From an uncultured virus (IMG/VR IMGVR_UViG_3300000115_000013) (lineage: Duplodnaviria > Heunggongvirae > Uroviricota > Caudoviricetes), in the IMG/VR virus record IMGVR_UViG_3300000115_000013, positions 1 to 64,000 of that record: 64,000 bases of DNA. One strand, 5' to 3'. The notes below the pieces were generated by a model that was given only the letters and a program-made list of their open reading frames with translations, did no database searches and had not been told where the DNA came from. The translations under genes and the position numbers were made by a program. Positions 45,701 to 55,911 of this stretch are shown one piece after another (the stretch's first letter is position 1; every line of letters starts with the position of its first letter).

Positions 45701-48142
45701 TTTTGGATATTCCATAATGGAACTGATAGTTATATTGAACATCGTCCAACGGCTCCTGGAAAACTTATGGTTAATTCAAACCATATGGAATTAAGAGCTT
45801 CTGGCGGATACAAATATATGTCAGGACGAGATTCGACTGGCTCTGGGGTAGACGAAGTTAAATTTTACTTTGGAGCTAATTCTGAAAAGCTCGCTTTATC
45901 TGCAACGGGTATTACAGTATCAGGTAACATAACTACAACAGGATATATTGCTGGACCTGCTACATTGACAATTGATCCAGCTGCGGTGGGCGACGATACT
46001 GGTACAGTTGTAATAGCAGGAGACTTACAAGTTGATGGGACCACAACCACAGTAAACAGCGCCACACTTGACGTTGCAGATATCAATATTACTGTAGCAA
46101 AAGGAGCGGCAAACGCCGCCGCTGCTAATGGTGCAGGCCTTACTGTTGATGGGGCTAGTGCAACATTAACATATGCAAGTTCAGGAGATAATTGGGCGTT
46201 CAACAAACCATTAGACATGGGCGGTAATAATATTACCACAACAGGCCAAATGCTTTATAGTAATGTTTATAGTGCCGAAGTTGACCTGCCAAATGCTAGT
46301 ACATATCATGGAATGTTTGCACATGTTCATGGTACCGGAAAAGGATATTTTGCACATAGTGGTAACTGGATAGCATTACAAAACGAAAATGCATTGGAAG
46401 GAGATGTAGACACACATCTCAACACAACAAGTGCTGGAACTGGACAAGTATTAGGTTGGACTGGCTCAGACTTTAACTGGGTAACGATGAGTAGTGGCTT
46501 AGGTAATATAGTAGAAGATATTAGTCCACAACTTGGCGGACCACTAGATGTAAATGGAAAAGTAATTACTAGTTCTGGTAACGGAAATATTGAAATTAAG
46601 CCTGCTGGAACAGGACGTACTGAATTTGAAAACGAAATACAATTTTTAGGTACTAGCTATACTACTGAATGGTTATCTGTAGGACATTGGAGTTTTAGAG
46701 ATGGAGTACAAGCACGTTTTGGTAATACTGATGATTTAGTAATAAAACATGACGGATCTGATAGTTATATTGACGAGACTGGTACTGGAAATCTTATTAT
46801 TAAATCGTCATTTTTAGATATTAAAGATGCAAGCAATGTGGAATTAATTTCTGCAGATGCATCTGAAGTTAGATTACGCCAAGGCGGTAATATTAAACTC
46901 AAAACAGCTTCCACTGGTGTAGATGTTACAGGTGATGTTTCTCTAACAGGTTCCATTACATCAACTGCCGTAGGCACACCAACTATTACTAGTAGTACTG
47001 ATATTGTTCTAGCGGCCAATAGTGGCAGCGGGATAGTTAATGTTAGTGGAAGTAAAATTACAAACCTAGGAACACCAACATCAACATCAGATGCTGCAAC
47101 CAAAGCATATGTTGATGCAAACGCTGGCGGCGGAGCCGATCTATATGCAGTTGAAACAACAGGTTCAACAAATCCTACAGCATCTGGTACTTTGAGTATT
47201 GCCATTGGTAGTTTAGCAGAAGCATCGGGTCTTAGATCCATTAGTATAGGCAGAGATGCAACAGCTTCGGCAACAAATAGTGTTGCTATTGGAACTGATA
47301 GTGTAGCAGGAATTTTAGGCTCTATTGCTATACAAGGAAATATTAGCGGTAGTGGAACTACGGCTTCGATCTCAATGTTAGGAACAACAACTGCTCAAGG
47401 TGCGGTTCAAATAGGTCAAAATGGTTATGTACAAGGTCAGTATGCTACAGCGGTAGGATATAATGCTGATGTTTATAGCAGTGGTTCAAATGGTACAGCT
47501 TTGGGATATAATGCACAGGTTAATGGTAGTGGTGCAACTGCTTTGACAAATAGCTATGCTACTGGTGCTGATAGTTTTGCGGCGGCGATAGCAAACAACA
47601 GTAATGCTTACGGTTCCATAGGTGCTAATAGTGTTGCCTTAGGATATTTGGCTAATGCTGCAGGAGACTTTTCAGTTGCCATTGGTAAAAATGCCTCTGC
47701 AACTGGTAACGATACAATTGCGTTGGGCGGTGCAACTACTCTAGTAAAAGTTGACGGAACACTTGAGGTTAGTGGATTTAAAGTTTCTGGAGATGTTGAG
47801 GAAAAGTTTACTACACTTACAGGTTCATCATCAGTCGTTACACACGACTGTTCTACAGCCGCTATATTTTATCACACAGGGGCGACAGGAGATTTTACTA
47901 TAAACCTAACAAATATAAATTCTACACAAGAATATGCAAAAGGAATAGCAGTAGTTGTAAGTCAAGGTGCTACAGCATACATGCCAACTGCATTACAAAT
48001 TGGCGGGTCAGTACAGACAATTAATTGGCAAGGTGGAAGTGCACCATCTGGTACAGATTCTGGAATAGATGTTATATCCTTTACAATACTTAATGATGGT
48101 GGAACTTATGTAGTGTTAGGTCAATCAGTAGCATATAGTTAA
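42773..48142 (+). CDS. Long mosaic tail/neck fibre protein with YadA-head-like repeats
   Basis: KGSELSYAEMDSNF N-terminus, repeated GQVL.W.G..W, TDNLSEGS.NLYYT and PQLGG.LD modules, C-terminal SxAIG repeats. Confidence 0.85.
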   Translation: MTITKRLVKGSELSYAEMDSNFTDLDERTVVLETANSTSSQVTTANIGSLLNVDTTGVINGQVLKYDSNANKWKPSSDLSGGGSGGGIALTDLSLIQSADSGLGSATYNSVTGQFTIAMPDLTPYAKTIQLFTTSDVDSHLNQSNPTNGYVLSWNGSDYTWVDNGVITETDPIFTASPASTITNTKITNWDTSYGWGDHSVEGYLKSETDPIFTAHAANNVTNTKITNWDTSYGWGDHSVEGYLKSETDPIFTASPASTITNTKITNWDTSYGWGDHSTAGYLTSFTETNTSLSLATNILKYTDEAGAVTNIDLSLYLDDTNLAKLTSGTINGATGIATFLRDDASSFTVDFSQLFDDTNLSRIDSATFASGTLTLTRSDTSTASTVNLDGRYLQNLATQTTDNLSEGSTNLYYTQARFNSALSTKSTTDLSEGTNLYYTDARVDARITNAGLFDGDYNSLTNLPTLFNGQFGSLTGKPTTISGYGITDAFDGDYTNLTNKPTLFDGQFSSLTNTPTTIAGYGITDALALGTTSTTALAGDTALFDGDYTNLTNKPTIPAVLTDLSISDGTNGQVLTTDGSGNFTFQAISAGGSTTLSGLTDTTIASVQQFQSLQWSGTKWVNAYPSIQHLSDIDRLNNPSNGDTLVWNALNNQYEYSQAVVSDQSLATTDDVIFNNITATNLVQANAFEGNIYDTNGNVLLDNTSGAASFGGNISSSGSSSFSGTVDFNGATINNLNLALGDLSNVDPVAPTTGHVLKWGGSQWAPGLSGDMPTSGGTFTGDVNFATGKITGVTDITTGPASGSPSINLGDGTGNFGNPIINFNAATAGVSGHITHIANGGFEIKSNSGGEYIRLQTYDSSHFTPLEVVGNVVTISQAYTLPSSDGTTGQVLQTNGAGVLSFTSLSSGGILSLADDTTPQLGGALDSNSHDVVLKGTGPYYNNNITFDASQDILHFEDGMTIRMGTGSGAADGEDFWIFHNGTDSYIEHRPTAPGKLMVNSNHMELRASGGYKYMSGRDSTGSGVDEVKFYFGANSEKLALSATGITVSGNITTTGYIAGPATLTIDPAAVGDDTGTVVIAGDLQVDGTTTTVNSATLDVADINITVAKGAANAAAANGAGLTVDGASATLTYASSGDNWAFNKPLDMGGNNITTTGQMLYSNVYSAEVDLPNASTYHGMFAHVHGTGKGYFAHSGNWIALQNENALEGDVDTHLNTTSAGTGQVLGWTGSDFNWVTMSSGLGNIVEDISPQLGGPLDVNGKVITSSGNGNIEIKPAGTGRTEFENEIQFLGTSYTTEWLSVGHWSFRDGVQARFGNTDDLVIKHDGSDSYIDETGTGNLIIKSSFLDIKDASNVELISADASEVRLRQGGNIKLKTASTGVDVTGDVSLTGSITSTAVGTPTITSSTDIVLAANSGSGIVNVSGSKITNLGTPTSTSDAATKAYVDANAGGGADLYAVETTGSTNPTASGTLSIAIGSLAEASGLRSISIGRDATASATNSVAIGTDSVAGILGSIAIQGNISGSGTTASISMLGTTTAQGAVQIGQNGYVQGQYATAVGYNADVYSSGSNGTALGYNAQVNGSGATALTNSYATGADSFAAAIANNSNAYGSIGANSVALGYLANAAGDFSVAIGKNASATGNDTIALGGATTLVKVDGTLEVSGFKVSGDVEEKFTTLTGSSSVVTHDCSTAAIFYHTGATGDFTINLTNINSTQEYAKGIAVVVSQGATAYMPTALQIGGSVQTINWQGGSAPSGTDSGIDVISFTILNDGGTYVVLGQSVAYS
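43277..43627 (+). repeat. Three tandem 117-bp (39-aa) near-identical repeats
   Basis: Units start at 43277, 43394 and 43511 (ETDPIFT...NWDTSYGWGDHS..GYL). Confidence 0.9.
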
Positions 48143-48151
48143 GGAATAAAA

Positions 48152-51100
48152 ATGCCAATTATTAATTTACCAAGTTCAAGTAGTTCAATGTTAAGAGGTA
48201 ACACAGCAGGCGGAGGCGGTGCTTTCGACCCTTTAATTGGTGAACACACTTATACCACACCGGGTCAATATTATTTTACAGTACCTGCTGGTGTCACATC
48301 GCTTAGTGCAGTAGTTGTTGGCGGTGGTGGTTCAGGAGGTAAAGGCACAAATGCCGCAGGCGGCGGTGCGTTAGCATATGTAAATAATAAAACATATACT
48401 CCAGGCACGATTCTTACTATTGTTGTTGGCGCTGGCGGGACAGGACCATCAGGTGCTGGTACAAATAACGAACCTGGAGAAGCTGGCGGAAGCAGTTATG
48501 CGTTAGGTGCCCATGCTGGCGGTGGCGATGGCGGTCAGGCAGGTGGCCCTGCATATGGTATAGATGGACAATTTGGAGGCGGTGGCCTTGGTGGAGTACC
48601 AAGTGGTGTATATACAGTTGGACGTACAGGCGGTCGCGGCGGAGGACATTCAGGTGTAGGCGATAACTCAGGGGGCGGTAGTGCTGCGGGTTATAGTTCA
48701 AACGGTAAAAACGGTGGTAGCGCATCCGGATCTAGTGCCGGGTTAGCAGGAGCTGGCGGCTCTGGTGGTTCTGGTGCTGGTACAAACTCACCCGCAAATG
48801 GTGGGTCCTATGTGATTGGTGGATCGGGCGGCGGCGTTGGTACATACGGTGAAGGTTCAAATGGAGCCGCAGGACAGGCTAGTGCATCAACTCAAGCAGA
48901 TGCACACGGTACTGCAGGATCAGGTGGATCGGGTGTAACTCATGGTGCTGGTACTGGTAGTGCTTACGGGGGTTCTTATACATTAGACGGCGGTGATGGC
49001 GCAGTTCGTATTATATACGGTGCAGGACGAGCGTTTCCTTCAACTAACACAAGTGCTGCTATTTCTGGTAGTAATATTACATTAAACGGTACGCAGATTG
49101 CATCATCAGCAACTGGCGAACATCAATTTCTTAACCCTGGTACATTTAGTTGGTTGTGCCCCACAGGAGTTACCAAAGTTAGCGTAGTTTGTATTGGCGG
49201 TGGCGGAGGCGGCGGTGGCGGTTATGGACCTGGCGGTGGCGGAGGCGGTCTCGCATATAAAAATGATATTCCAGTGACACCAGGTCAAACTTACACAGTT
49301 GTAGTTGGCGATGCAGGTACTGGTGCGTCAGATGATGGTGATGGCAGCCTCTGGACACTGGCACAAGGTAGCGGTGGCGGTGCGTCTTACTTTATGAGTG
49401 CAAACACTGTTCGGGCTACTGGCGGGGCTGGAGCAACAACAACTAGTGCTTCTGGATCTGTTGGTGGCCAGTTTACTAATGGTGATAATGGCGGATCTGG
49501 CGGATTAGCCGCTGTTTCTGGAGCAGGATATCATTGGCCAGGCGGCGGCGCAGGTGGTTATACTGGAAGTGGAGGGAGAACAGGGTCAAGTGGTTCTGCA
49601 TATGCTGGTCATTCAGGAACAGATTATTATGGACATGATGGTGCCGGAGGCGGAGGCGGGGGCGGTGGATACATTGGAAGTCACACTGCTGGTGCTGGAG
49701 GCGGTGGAACTGGAATTTTTGGTCAAGGATCAAACGGAGCTGGTGGAACAAATGGACCAACTGGTGGTGGTGGAGGATCTGGTGGTGGTGCTGGTTCCGC
49801 TGGTGTTGGTAATACTGGTGGTATTGGTGGTAGCCCTGGTGGTGGCGGTGGTTGCGGTTATTACACTGGCGGCGATGGCGCCGCAGGTGCAGTTCGTATT
49901 GTTTGGGGTGGCAGAGCATTTCCTAGTGCAAATGTTGATTTAGCATCGTCAAATTCAAATGTTACCTACGAACCAGCAGCTGGTCCTAATTGGACAACGT
50001 TATCGCAGACTCAACAAGTGGTTGCTGGTTCGCCAAGTTTGAATGCAGCATTTGGACGAAGTCTGGCTTTTTCAGAGGACGGAAATTACCTTCTGGTTGG
50101 TGCATCAGGTGATAGATCAGGCGGAACTTGGACTGGGAGAGTTTGGGCTTATTCAAGGAGTGGAAATACTTGGTCAAACAATCAAAATTTTGTTCCACCT
50201 AATATTACAGCCAATGACAATTTTGGTTGGGCTATTGATATTACAGGAAACTCCACAGCGGTAATAGGGGGTAGATCTGAAACTGTAGGTGGTGTATCAG
50301 ATGCAGGAGCCGCATATATTTACACACGCTCAGGAACTAACTGGTCAAGGGTTGCAGATTTAACTCAAAGTGACCCAACTTTTAACGTACTATATGGTGG
50401 TGGTGTTGGAATCAGTGGACAAACTGCTGTTGTGGCTGCTCAACAGTTTGCTGGCGGCGGTAAAGTTTATATTTGGTACAACACTTCTGGAAATAATTGG
50501 TCACTGCAAACAACTCTAAGCGGTGCCGCAAGTGGGGATAGCTTTGGTAGCCAAGTGGCTATTGACGGTGACACATTGGCTGTTTCTGCCCCTTATGCAG
50601 AGGTTTCTGGTGTATCAAATAGAGGGCTTATATATATTTATACTAGGTCTGGAACTACTTGGTCGCTACAGCAAACTATTAATCACGGTACAATTAATTC
50701 CAGCGCCACCGTCCAAGGCGCTAATGGCTTAGTGCTTAAAAATAATACTTTAATTTTTAGTTCCAACACGTATGTCCCAAGTGGAAGTAGTAATACTAAT
50801 GTTGGTGGTATTTTTGTATACACTCGGTCAGGTACAACCTGGTCACACGAAGCAACAATAACTCCAGATCTAGCTAGTAACGGTTATATAAGTATGTTTG
50901 GTGGTGATGAGAATACAGTTGCAATTGGACATCACGGATACAACAGCAATCAGGGGCGGGCTTGGGTTTATAGTAGATCAGGTACAAGTTGGTCACTTCA
51001 AAAATCGCTTACTGGTAGTGGCACAGCTAGTGGTGATTACTTTGGTTATCCGTCGCATGCTGTTAGTTCCAGTGGTGAGCAAGTTGCGGTTGTGGCAGGT

Positions 51101-51160
51101 TTTGACACTATTAGCGGGCAAGGTTCCGCTGGATCTGTTTTTATATACACAACGAGTTAA
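48152..51160 (+). CDS. Gly-rich domain x2 plus FG-GAP beta-propeller, putative receptor-binding/fibre-tip protein
   Basis: Two (F/W)xxPxGVT...GGDGAVRI domains; repeated FG..VAI.G....VGA...G.AYIY.RSG..W blades. Confidence 0.8.
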   Translation: MPIINLPSSSSSMLRGNTAGGGGAFDPLIGEHTYTTPGQYYFTVPAGVTSLSAVVVGGGGSGGKGTNAAGGGALAYVNNKTYTPGTILTIVVGAGGTGPSGAGTNNEPGEAGGSSYALGAHAGGGDGGQAGGPAYGIDGQFGGGGLGGVPSGVYTVGRTGGRGGGHSGVGDNSGGGSAAGYSSNGKNGGSASGSSAGLAGAGGSGGSGAGTNSPANGGSYVIGGSGGGVGTYGEGSNGAAGQASASTQADAHGTAGSGGSGVTHGAGTGSAYGGSYTLDGGDGAVRIIYGAGRAFPSTNTSAAISGSNITLNGTQIASSATGEHQFLNPGTFSWLCPTGVTKVSVVCIGGGGGGGGGYGPGGGGGGLAYKNDIPVTPGQTYTVVVGDAGTGASDDGDGSLWTLAQGSGGGASYFMSANTVRATGGAGATTTSASGSVGGQFTNGDNGGSGGLAAVSGAGYHWPGGGAGGYTGSGGRTGSSGSAYAGHSGTDYYGHDGAGGGGGGGGYIGSHTAGAGGGGTGIFGQGSNGAGGTNGPTGGGGGSGGGAGSAGVGNTGGIGGSPGGGGGCGYYTGGDGAAGAVRIVWGGRAFPSANVDLASSNSNVTYEPAAGPNWTTLSQTQQVVAGSPSLNAAFGRSLAFSEDGNYLLVGASGDRSGGTWTGRVWAYSRSGNTWSNNQNFVPPNITANDNFGWAIDITGNSTAVIGGRSETVGGVSDAGAAYIYTRSGTNWSRVADLTQSDPTFNVLYGGGVGISGQTAVVAAQQFAGGGKVYIWYNTSGNNWSLQTTLSGAASGDSFGSQVAIDGDTLAVSAPYAEVSGVSNRGLIYIYTRSGTTWSLQQTINHGTINSSATVQGANGLVLKNNTLIFSSNTYVPSGSSNTNVGGIFVYTRSGTTWSHEATITPDLASNGYISMFGGDENTVAIGHHGYNSNQGRAWVYSRSGTSWSLQKSLTGSGTASGDYFGYPSHAVSSSGEQVAVVAGFDTISGQGSAGSVFIYTTS

Positions 51161-51222
51161 AGCAGTGATGATGGTAACATACCAACTAATTAATACAGCT
51201 AAATATAGTTGAAGGATTTCCA

Positions 51223-52623
51223 ATGGCGTATGAAAAATCAAAAATATCAACTGTACCATATTTTTATGATAAACAACTGCGAAGATATATTCAGCAATTT
51301 ATTCGTATATTTGGTGGATTTCAAATAGCAGTACACACTAATAGTGAAGGTAATCTTGTTTATCAAACAGTGCCTGTTAGATACGGTGATGTTAACCGTA
51401 TGGCTGCACATATTGTAAAGGAAAATAGTGAAAACACTATGAATAGTACTCCTTTTATAAGTTGTTATGTTACTGGATTAGAGACTGCACCACAAAGTAG
51501 AACTTATTCTCAATTTGAAGAAACTGTTCCAGTTTATGAAAAAAAATATAATGAAGTTACTGGAAGTTATGAAAATGAAGTAGGAAACGTATATAGTATT
51601 AAAAGACACCAACCAGTTCCTTATACACTTACTATGCAAGTTGATTTATGGACTAGTAATACTGAGCAAAAGCTACAAATATTAGAACAAATACTTGTAT
51701 TATTTAATCCAACACTTAATATACACACGTCTGATAATCCATTAGATTGGAGTAGTTTAAGTTACGTTGAATTAATCAGTAGTACGTGGAGCATGAGAAC
51801 TATACCAAGTGGCATTGATGATATTATTGATATTAGTACACTAACATTTCAACTACCTATTTTAATTAATCCTCCAGCTAAAGTTTTAAAAAATACAGTT
51901 ATACATACCATTATTGATAATATTGAAGATGTTACTAGTAGTGATTTAGATTCTATTAGAGCAGGCGGGAGTTATTCACCATTGTTTACTAGTTATAAAA
52001 TTATAACTCTAGACAATTATAAAATGAAATTTTTAGTTGACAATGCAGGAAATGCCACAGCTCAGTTATTGAACAGAGACACTAGTGCAACAGACAATAA
52101 TGCACAGATATTAAATTGGGTATCAATTTTTAAACCATATGGTGAATTCAGAGATAGTATAAGCCAAATTAGATTAAAACAAACTACTGACCCATCTAAT
52201 ACTGCTGATGATATAATTGGTAATATTGTTGTTAATACTGGAAATTCAAATCTACTTAACATTACATTAGACATCGATACACTACCAGCTAACACACAAG
52301 GTATTGTAGATGCCGTAATTAATCCACAAGCTAACTTTCCTGGTGATGGAACGTTAACCGCCGCAGCTGACAATGATAGATATTTGTTAACATCTGATGT
52401 AGCTGGAGGAAGTGGTTGGGGCGGCATTATAGCAACGAAACATGATATTATACAGTACAATGGAAGTAATTGGAGTGTTGTATTTGATGCTAGTCTAAAT
52501 GGTACAACAGTACAACATATAACAAATACTACAACTGGCGATAAACTTAAATGGAATGGATCAGAATGGGTTAATGCGTTTGAAGGAACATACAATCCTG
52601 GCTTCTGGCGAATATATATGTAA
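51223..52623 (+). CDS. 15: Tail terminator/sheath stabiliser (gp15-like) with C-terminal extension
   Basis: YFYDKQLRRY..QF.R.F, VPVRYG, PVPY, QKLQILEQIL.LFNP. Confidence 0.88.
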   Translation: MAYEKSKISTVPYFYDKQLRRYIQQFIRIFGGFQIAVHTNSEGNLVYQTVPVRYGDVNRMAAHIVKENSENTMNSTPFISCYVTGLETAPQSRTYSQFEETVPVYEKKYNEVTGSYENEVGNVYSIKRHQPVPYTLTMQVDLWTSNTEQKLQILEQILVLFNPTLNIHTSDNPLDWSSLSYVELISSTWSMRTIPSGIDDIIDISTLTFQLPILINPPAKVLKNTVIHTIIDNIEDVTSSDLDSIRAGGSYSPLFTSYKIITLDNYKMKFLVDNAGNATAQLLNRDTSATDNNAQILNWVSIFKPYGEFRDSISQIRLKQTTDPSNTADDIIGNIVVNTGNSNLLNITLDIDTLPANTQGIVDAVINPQANFPGDGTLTAAADNDRYLLTSDVAGGSGWGGIIATKHDIIQYNGSNWSVVFDASLNGTTVQHITNTTTGDKLKWNGSEWVNAFEGTYNPGFWRIYM

Positions 52624-53081
52624 TGATAAGTGCAAGTGGGTGTTGCTTCTTGGCCCTTGATACCGGAAGAATAATGCTACAACAAAGAAGTAAGACTAGC
52701 AGTCATCCGTTAACTTGGAGTTTCTGGGGAGGAAAGTCTGAAAAGAAAGAACGTCCTATTGAAACATTATTAAGGGAATGTAACGAAGAAATGGGAATAC
52801 TTCCTGATATTGAAAAAGTATATCCATTACATACTTTTCTTAGTGATGATAAAAAATTTACATATAATACATTCTGCATTACAGTATTTGAAGAGTTTAT
52901 TCCTGTATGCAATGGTGAAAGTAGTGGGTATGCATGGGTAGGTATACATGCTTGGCCTAAGCCATTACATCGTGGTGCTAGAGCTGTATTAGAACAACCT
53001 GATATGGTTGAGAAAATTACAACAATATATAATCGCCAAAAGGATAAACTAGACTTACCAAATTGGTTAGACAGTTTTTAA
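52623..53081 (+). CDS. NUDIX hydrolase
   Basis: Nudix box GGKSEKKE......RECNEEMG. Confidence 0.85.
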   Translation: MISASGCCFLALDTGRIMLQQRSKTSSHPLTWSFWGGKSEKKERPIETLLRECNEEMGILPDIEKVYPLHTFLSDDKKFTYNTFCITVFEEFIPVCNGESSGYAWVGIHAWPKPLHRGARAVLEQPDMVEKITTIYNRQKDKLDLPNWLDSF

Positions 53082-53749
53082 ACTTCTGGAAATAAACAAT
53101 CTTCAATAAAATGTTTAACGTCAGATGCATCAAGACCAAGTGATTCCATAACTTTAGGCGTATGTGGATTTTGTTTTTGATAATGACAATATCTATTTTG
53201 TCTACGTTTTATTTGATCTGCATCATTTTTAATATTAGTGTATTTAGGTAGATGTGTAAAATACATGTCTAGATTATCTAATGCCATTGTGACAACTTGG
53301 TCCATTTCTTGTATAGTTTTAACATTACTAACTGCTACCATATGTGGTGTAAATATAGCTTCTGCCCAAGGAGGCAGTGCTCTTTCCTTTTTCCATTCTA
53401 AATTTTTAGTAGATTCTGCAAATAAATCTATCATTGGATGTGACATTGGCCAGCTAGGGCTGTAGTCATGAAATGCTCCTGTTACTTTATTTTTACCACA
53501 AATTATATCAAATCCATATATCGGTGCCGTATTATTAAAATTAGGAAAAACACAGATATGAGTCATATACAACCCTTTTGTATCTCTTGCATCTACACTA
53601 TCTATATGAGCTCTTCTAAAATGGTCGCCTTTAAAAACCCTGTTAAGCCAATCAAACTCAGGGTCATCAAATGTTTCCTCACCCAACGTTGCACATTTTT
53701 TTATTATTTGTTGCTCACACTCTATCATTCTATCCCAAATTTCACTCAT
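53078..53749 (-). CDS. pcyX: Ferredoxin-dependent bilin reductase, PcyX-like
   Basis: [48 protein letters not shown]50/H64/D81 triad. Confidence 0.8.
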   Translation of the reverse strand: MSEIWDRMIECEQQIIKKCATLGEETFDDPEFDWLNRVFKGDHFRRAHIDSVDARDTKGLYMTHICVFPNFNNTAPIYGFDIICGKNKVTGAFHDYSPSWPMSHPMIDLFAESTKNLEWKKERALPPWAEAIFTPHMVAVSNVKTIQEMDQVVTMALDNLDMYFTHLPKYTNIKNDADQIKRRQNRYCHYQKQNPHTPKVMESLGLDASDVKHFIEDCLFPEV

Positions 53750-54932
53750 ATATTATACCTTTAAGTTTATCAGCTAAATCATTTATCATTGCATCTGTAT
53801 GAAACGGAGTTGGTGCAAACCGCAATCTTTCTGTGCCCATGTCCACTGTAGGATAATTAATTGCTTGCGCATATATATTATGATTTTCTATTAATTTATC
53901 ACTTATTGACTTGCACTTTATTGGATCATTAATCATAACTGGTACAATGTGTGTGTTATTTTCTAATACCTCGATTCCATTATTATGTAATGCTATTTTT
54001 AATTTTTTAACTATTTCTTGATGTTTGTTTCGTAATTCTATACCGTTTTCGCTACGCAAGTATTTTATGGCTGCTAATGCACCAGCACAGATTACAGGAC
54101 TTATACTAGTGGTGAAAATAAATCCACTTGCTACACTACGTATCGCATCTATAGCAACACCGTCTCCTGCAATATAACCGCCTTGGCAACCAAATGCTTT
54201 TCCTAATGTTCCATTAACAAAATCAACTCTGTCTTGTAGTCCTAGTTTTTCTAGATATCCTGCACCTTGTGCTCCGTATAAACCTACAGCATGCACTTCG
54301 TCAATATATGTTATTGCATTGTATTTGTCTGCTAAATCTAAAATAGCTTCAATTTCACTTACATACCCATCCATACTATACACACTTTCAAATACAATGC
54401 AAGGGGTACCTTTTATTGATTTTAAAATATCCTCTAATTCCTGTATATTATTATGTTGGAAAATATGTTTTGGGGAACCACTATGTCTTATACCAGCTAT
54501 TAAACTAGCGTGATTTTTACTATCACTTATAAACTCAATATTTTCTACAATTTTACTAAGTGCTATTAGGCTCCATTCATTTGCGACATATGCACTAGTA
54601 TACAGTAATGCACTGTTCTTTTTATGTAGACTAGCAATTTCATGTTCAAGTGCAACATGATAATGTGTGGTACCGCTTATATTACGTGTGCCGCCACTTC
54701 CAGCACCTGTTTGACTAAGAGCTGTATGCATCGCATCACTTACTACTTTATGTTGTCCCATACCTAAATAATCATTACTACACCAGTTTACAATATTTTT
54801 AATATTATATGGTCCATACCAAATAGCATTAGGATAATCACCACTTTCTCTTAATATGTCATTAAAAATGCGATAATTTCCAGACTGCTTTAGTTGATCA
54901 ATTTTATTTTGGAAGGTTTTTATGGGTATCAT
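53742..54932 (-). CDS. hemA: 5-aminolevulinate synthase (Shemin/C4 pathway)
   Basis: [38 protein letters not shown] (PLP Lys), [14 protein letters not shown]. Confidence 0.93.
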   Translation of the reverse strand: MIPIKTFQNKIDQLKQSGNYRIFNDILRESGDYPNAIWYGPYNIKNIVNWCSNDYLGMGQHKVVSDAMHTALSQTGAGSGGTRNISGTTHYHVALEHEIASLHKKNSALLYTSAYVANEWSLIALSKIVENIEFISDSKNHASLIAGIRHSGSPKHIFQHNNIQELEDILKSIKGTPCIVFESVYSMDGYVSEIEAILDLADKYNAITYIDEVHAVGLYGAQGAGYLEKLGLQDRVDFVNGTLGKAFGCQGGYIAGDGVAIDAIRSVASGFIFTTSISPVICAGALAAIKYLRSENGIELRNKHQEIVKKLKIALHNNGIEVLENNTHIVPVMINDPIKCKSISDKLIENHNIYAQAINYPTVDMGTERLRFAPTPFHTDAMINDLADKLKGIIYE

Positions 54933-54966
54933 TTAGCACCGTTTCTTTTGTTATATTTAGTTTTAA

Positions 54967-54994
54967 TTGACTTGGCCTGATTTTATGTTATAAT
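54967..54994 (+). promoter_or_regulatory. Sigma70-type promoter of the heptose operon
   Basis: TTGACT-N16-TATAAT with extended TG; AGGAG SD follows. Confidence 0.6.
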
Positions 54995-55014
54995 ATGGTA
55001 AAAGGAGTTCTAAT

Positions 55015-55911
55015 ATGCATATTGTTACAGGTGCCAGTGGATTTATTGGTAGTAATATGGTACAACATTTAAACCGTATGGGACATAATGATATTTTATG
55101 TGTTGATACATTAAACAGTGAAAAAGTAAAAAATCTCCAAGGGCTCCAGTTCATTGATTTTATAAGTCCTAGTGAATTATTAACACAACAATTGGATGAT
55201 TGTACATTGTGGCATTTAGGTGCTAATAGTAAAACTAGCAGTGACGACTGGGAAAGCATTTACAATTCCAATGTGGTATATACTAGAAAGCTATTGAGTA
55301 AATTTAATGATGTAGTTTTTGCTAGTAGTGCTAGTGTGTATGGAGACAATACTGATACTTCAGAGCATCCTAATAATGAATCACCTAAAAATATGTATGC
55401 TGCTACTAAAATGATGTGTGATAATATGATCCGTTCCTCACAAAAAGGAAAGCGTCAGAGTTGGAGATTCTTTAATGTTTATGGTGACAGAGAATCACAT
55501 AAAATTAAAGTTCAACAAGCTAGTCCATACACTAACTTTACACATCAAGCAAAAACTACAGGAGTTATTAAACTATTTACTAATAGTAAAGATGTATTTC
55601 GCGACTTCATCTGTATTGACGATGTAGTGAGTATAATGTATGATGTGCATGAACGCACAGATAATAACTTTATTAGTAATTTAGGAACTGGGAAAGTGTT
55701 TAGTTTTCAGCAATGGGGAGAGTTATTGGCTAATAAGTATAATGCAGAAATAGAATATATCGAAATGCCAGACAGCCTTAAAAATATATATCAAATGTAT
55801 ACATGTAGTGATAATGAAAAACTAGGACATTTGCTAGATTATATTTGGGAGGATTTACGAGTACCATATCAGTTTTTAACACCAGAAGAATATATCGAGG
55901 ATAATTTATGA
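55015..55911 (+). CDS. hldD: ADP-L-glycero-D-manno-heptose 6-epimerase-like SDR
   Basis: IVTGASGFIGSN, HLGA, ASSASVYG, YAATK, RFFNVYG, RDFI. Confidence 0.8.
   Translation: MHIVTGASGFIGSNMVQHLNRMGHNDILCVDTLNSEKVKNLQGLQFIDFISPSELLTQQLDDCTLWHLGANSKTSSDDWESIYNSNVVYTRKLLSKFNDVVFASSASVYGDNTDTSEHPNNESPKNMYAATKMMCDNMIRSSQKGKRQSWRFFNVYGDRESHKIKVQQASPYTNFTHQAKTTGVIKLFTNSKDVFRDFICIDDVVSIMYDVHERTDNNFISNLGTGKVFSFQQWGELLANKYNAEIEYIEMPDSLKNIYQMYTCSDNEKLGHLLDYIWEDLRVPYQFLTPEEYIEDNL

Noticed and set aside
48417..49943. His/Arg-rich antisense and alternative-frame ORFs
   Set aside because: They are by-products of GGN-rich codons in the Gly-rich gene; the many other antisense ORFs in the track were dismissed likewise
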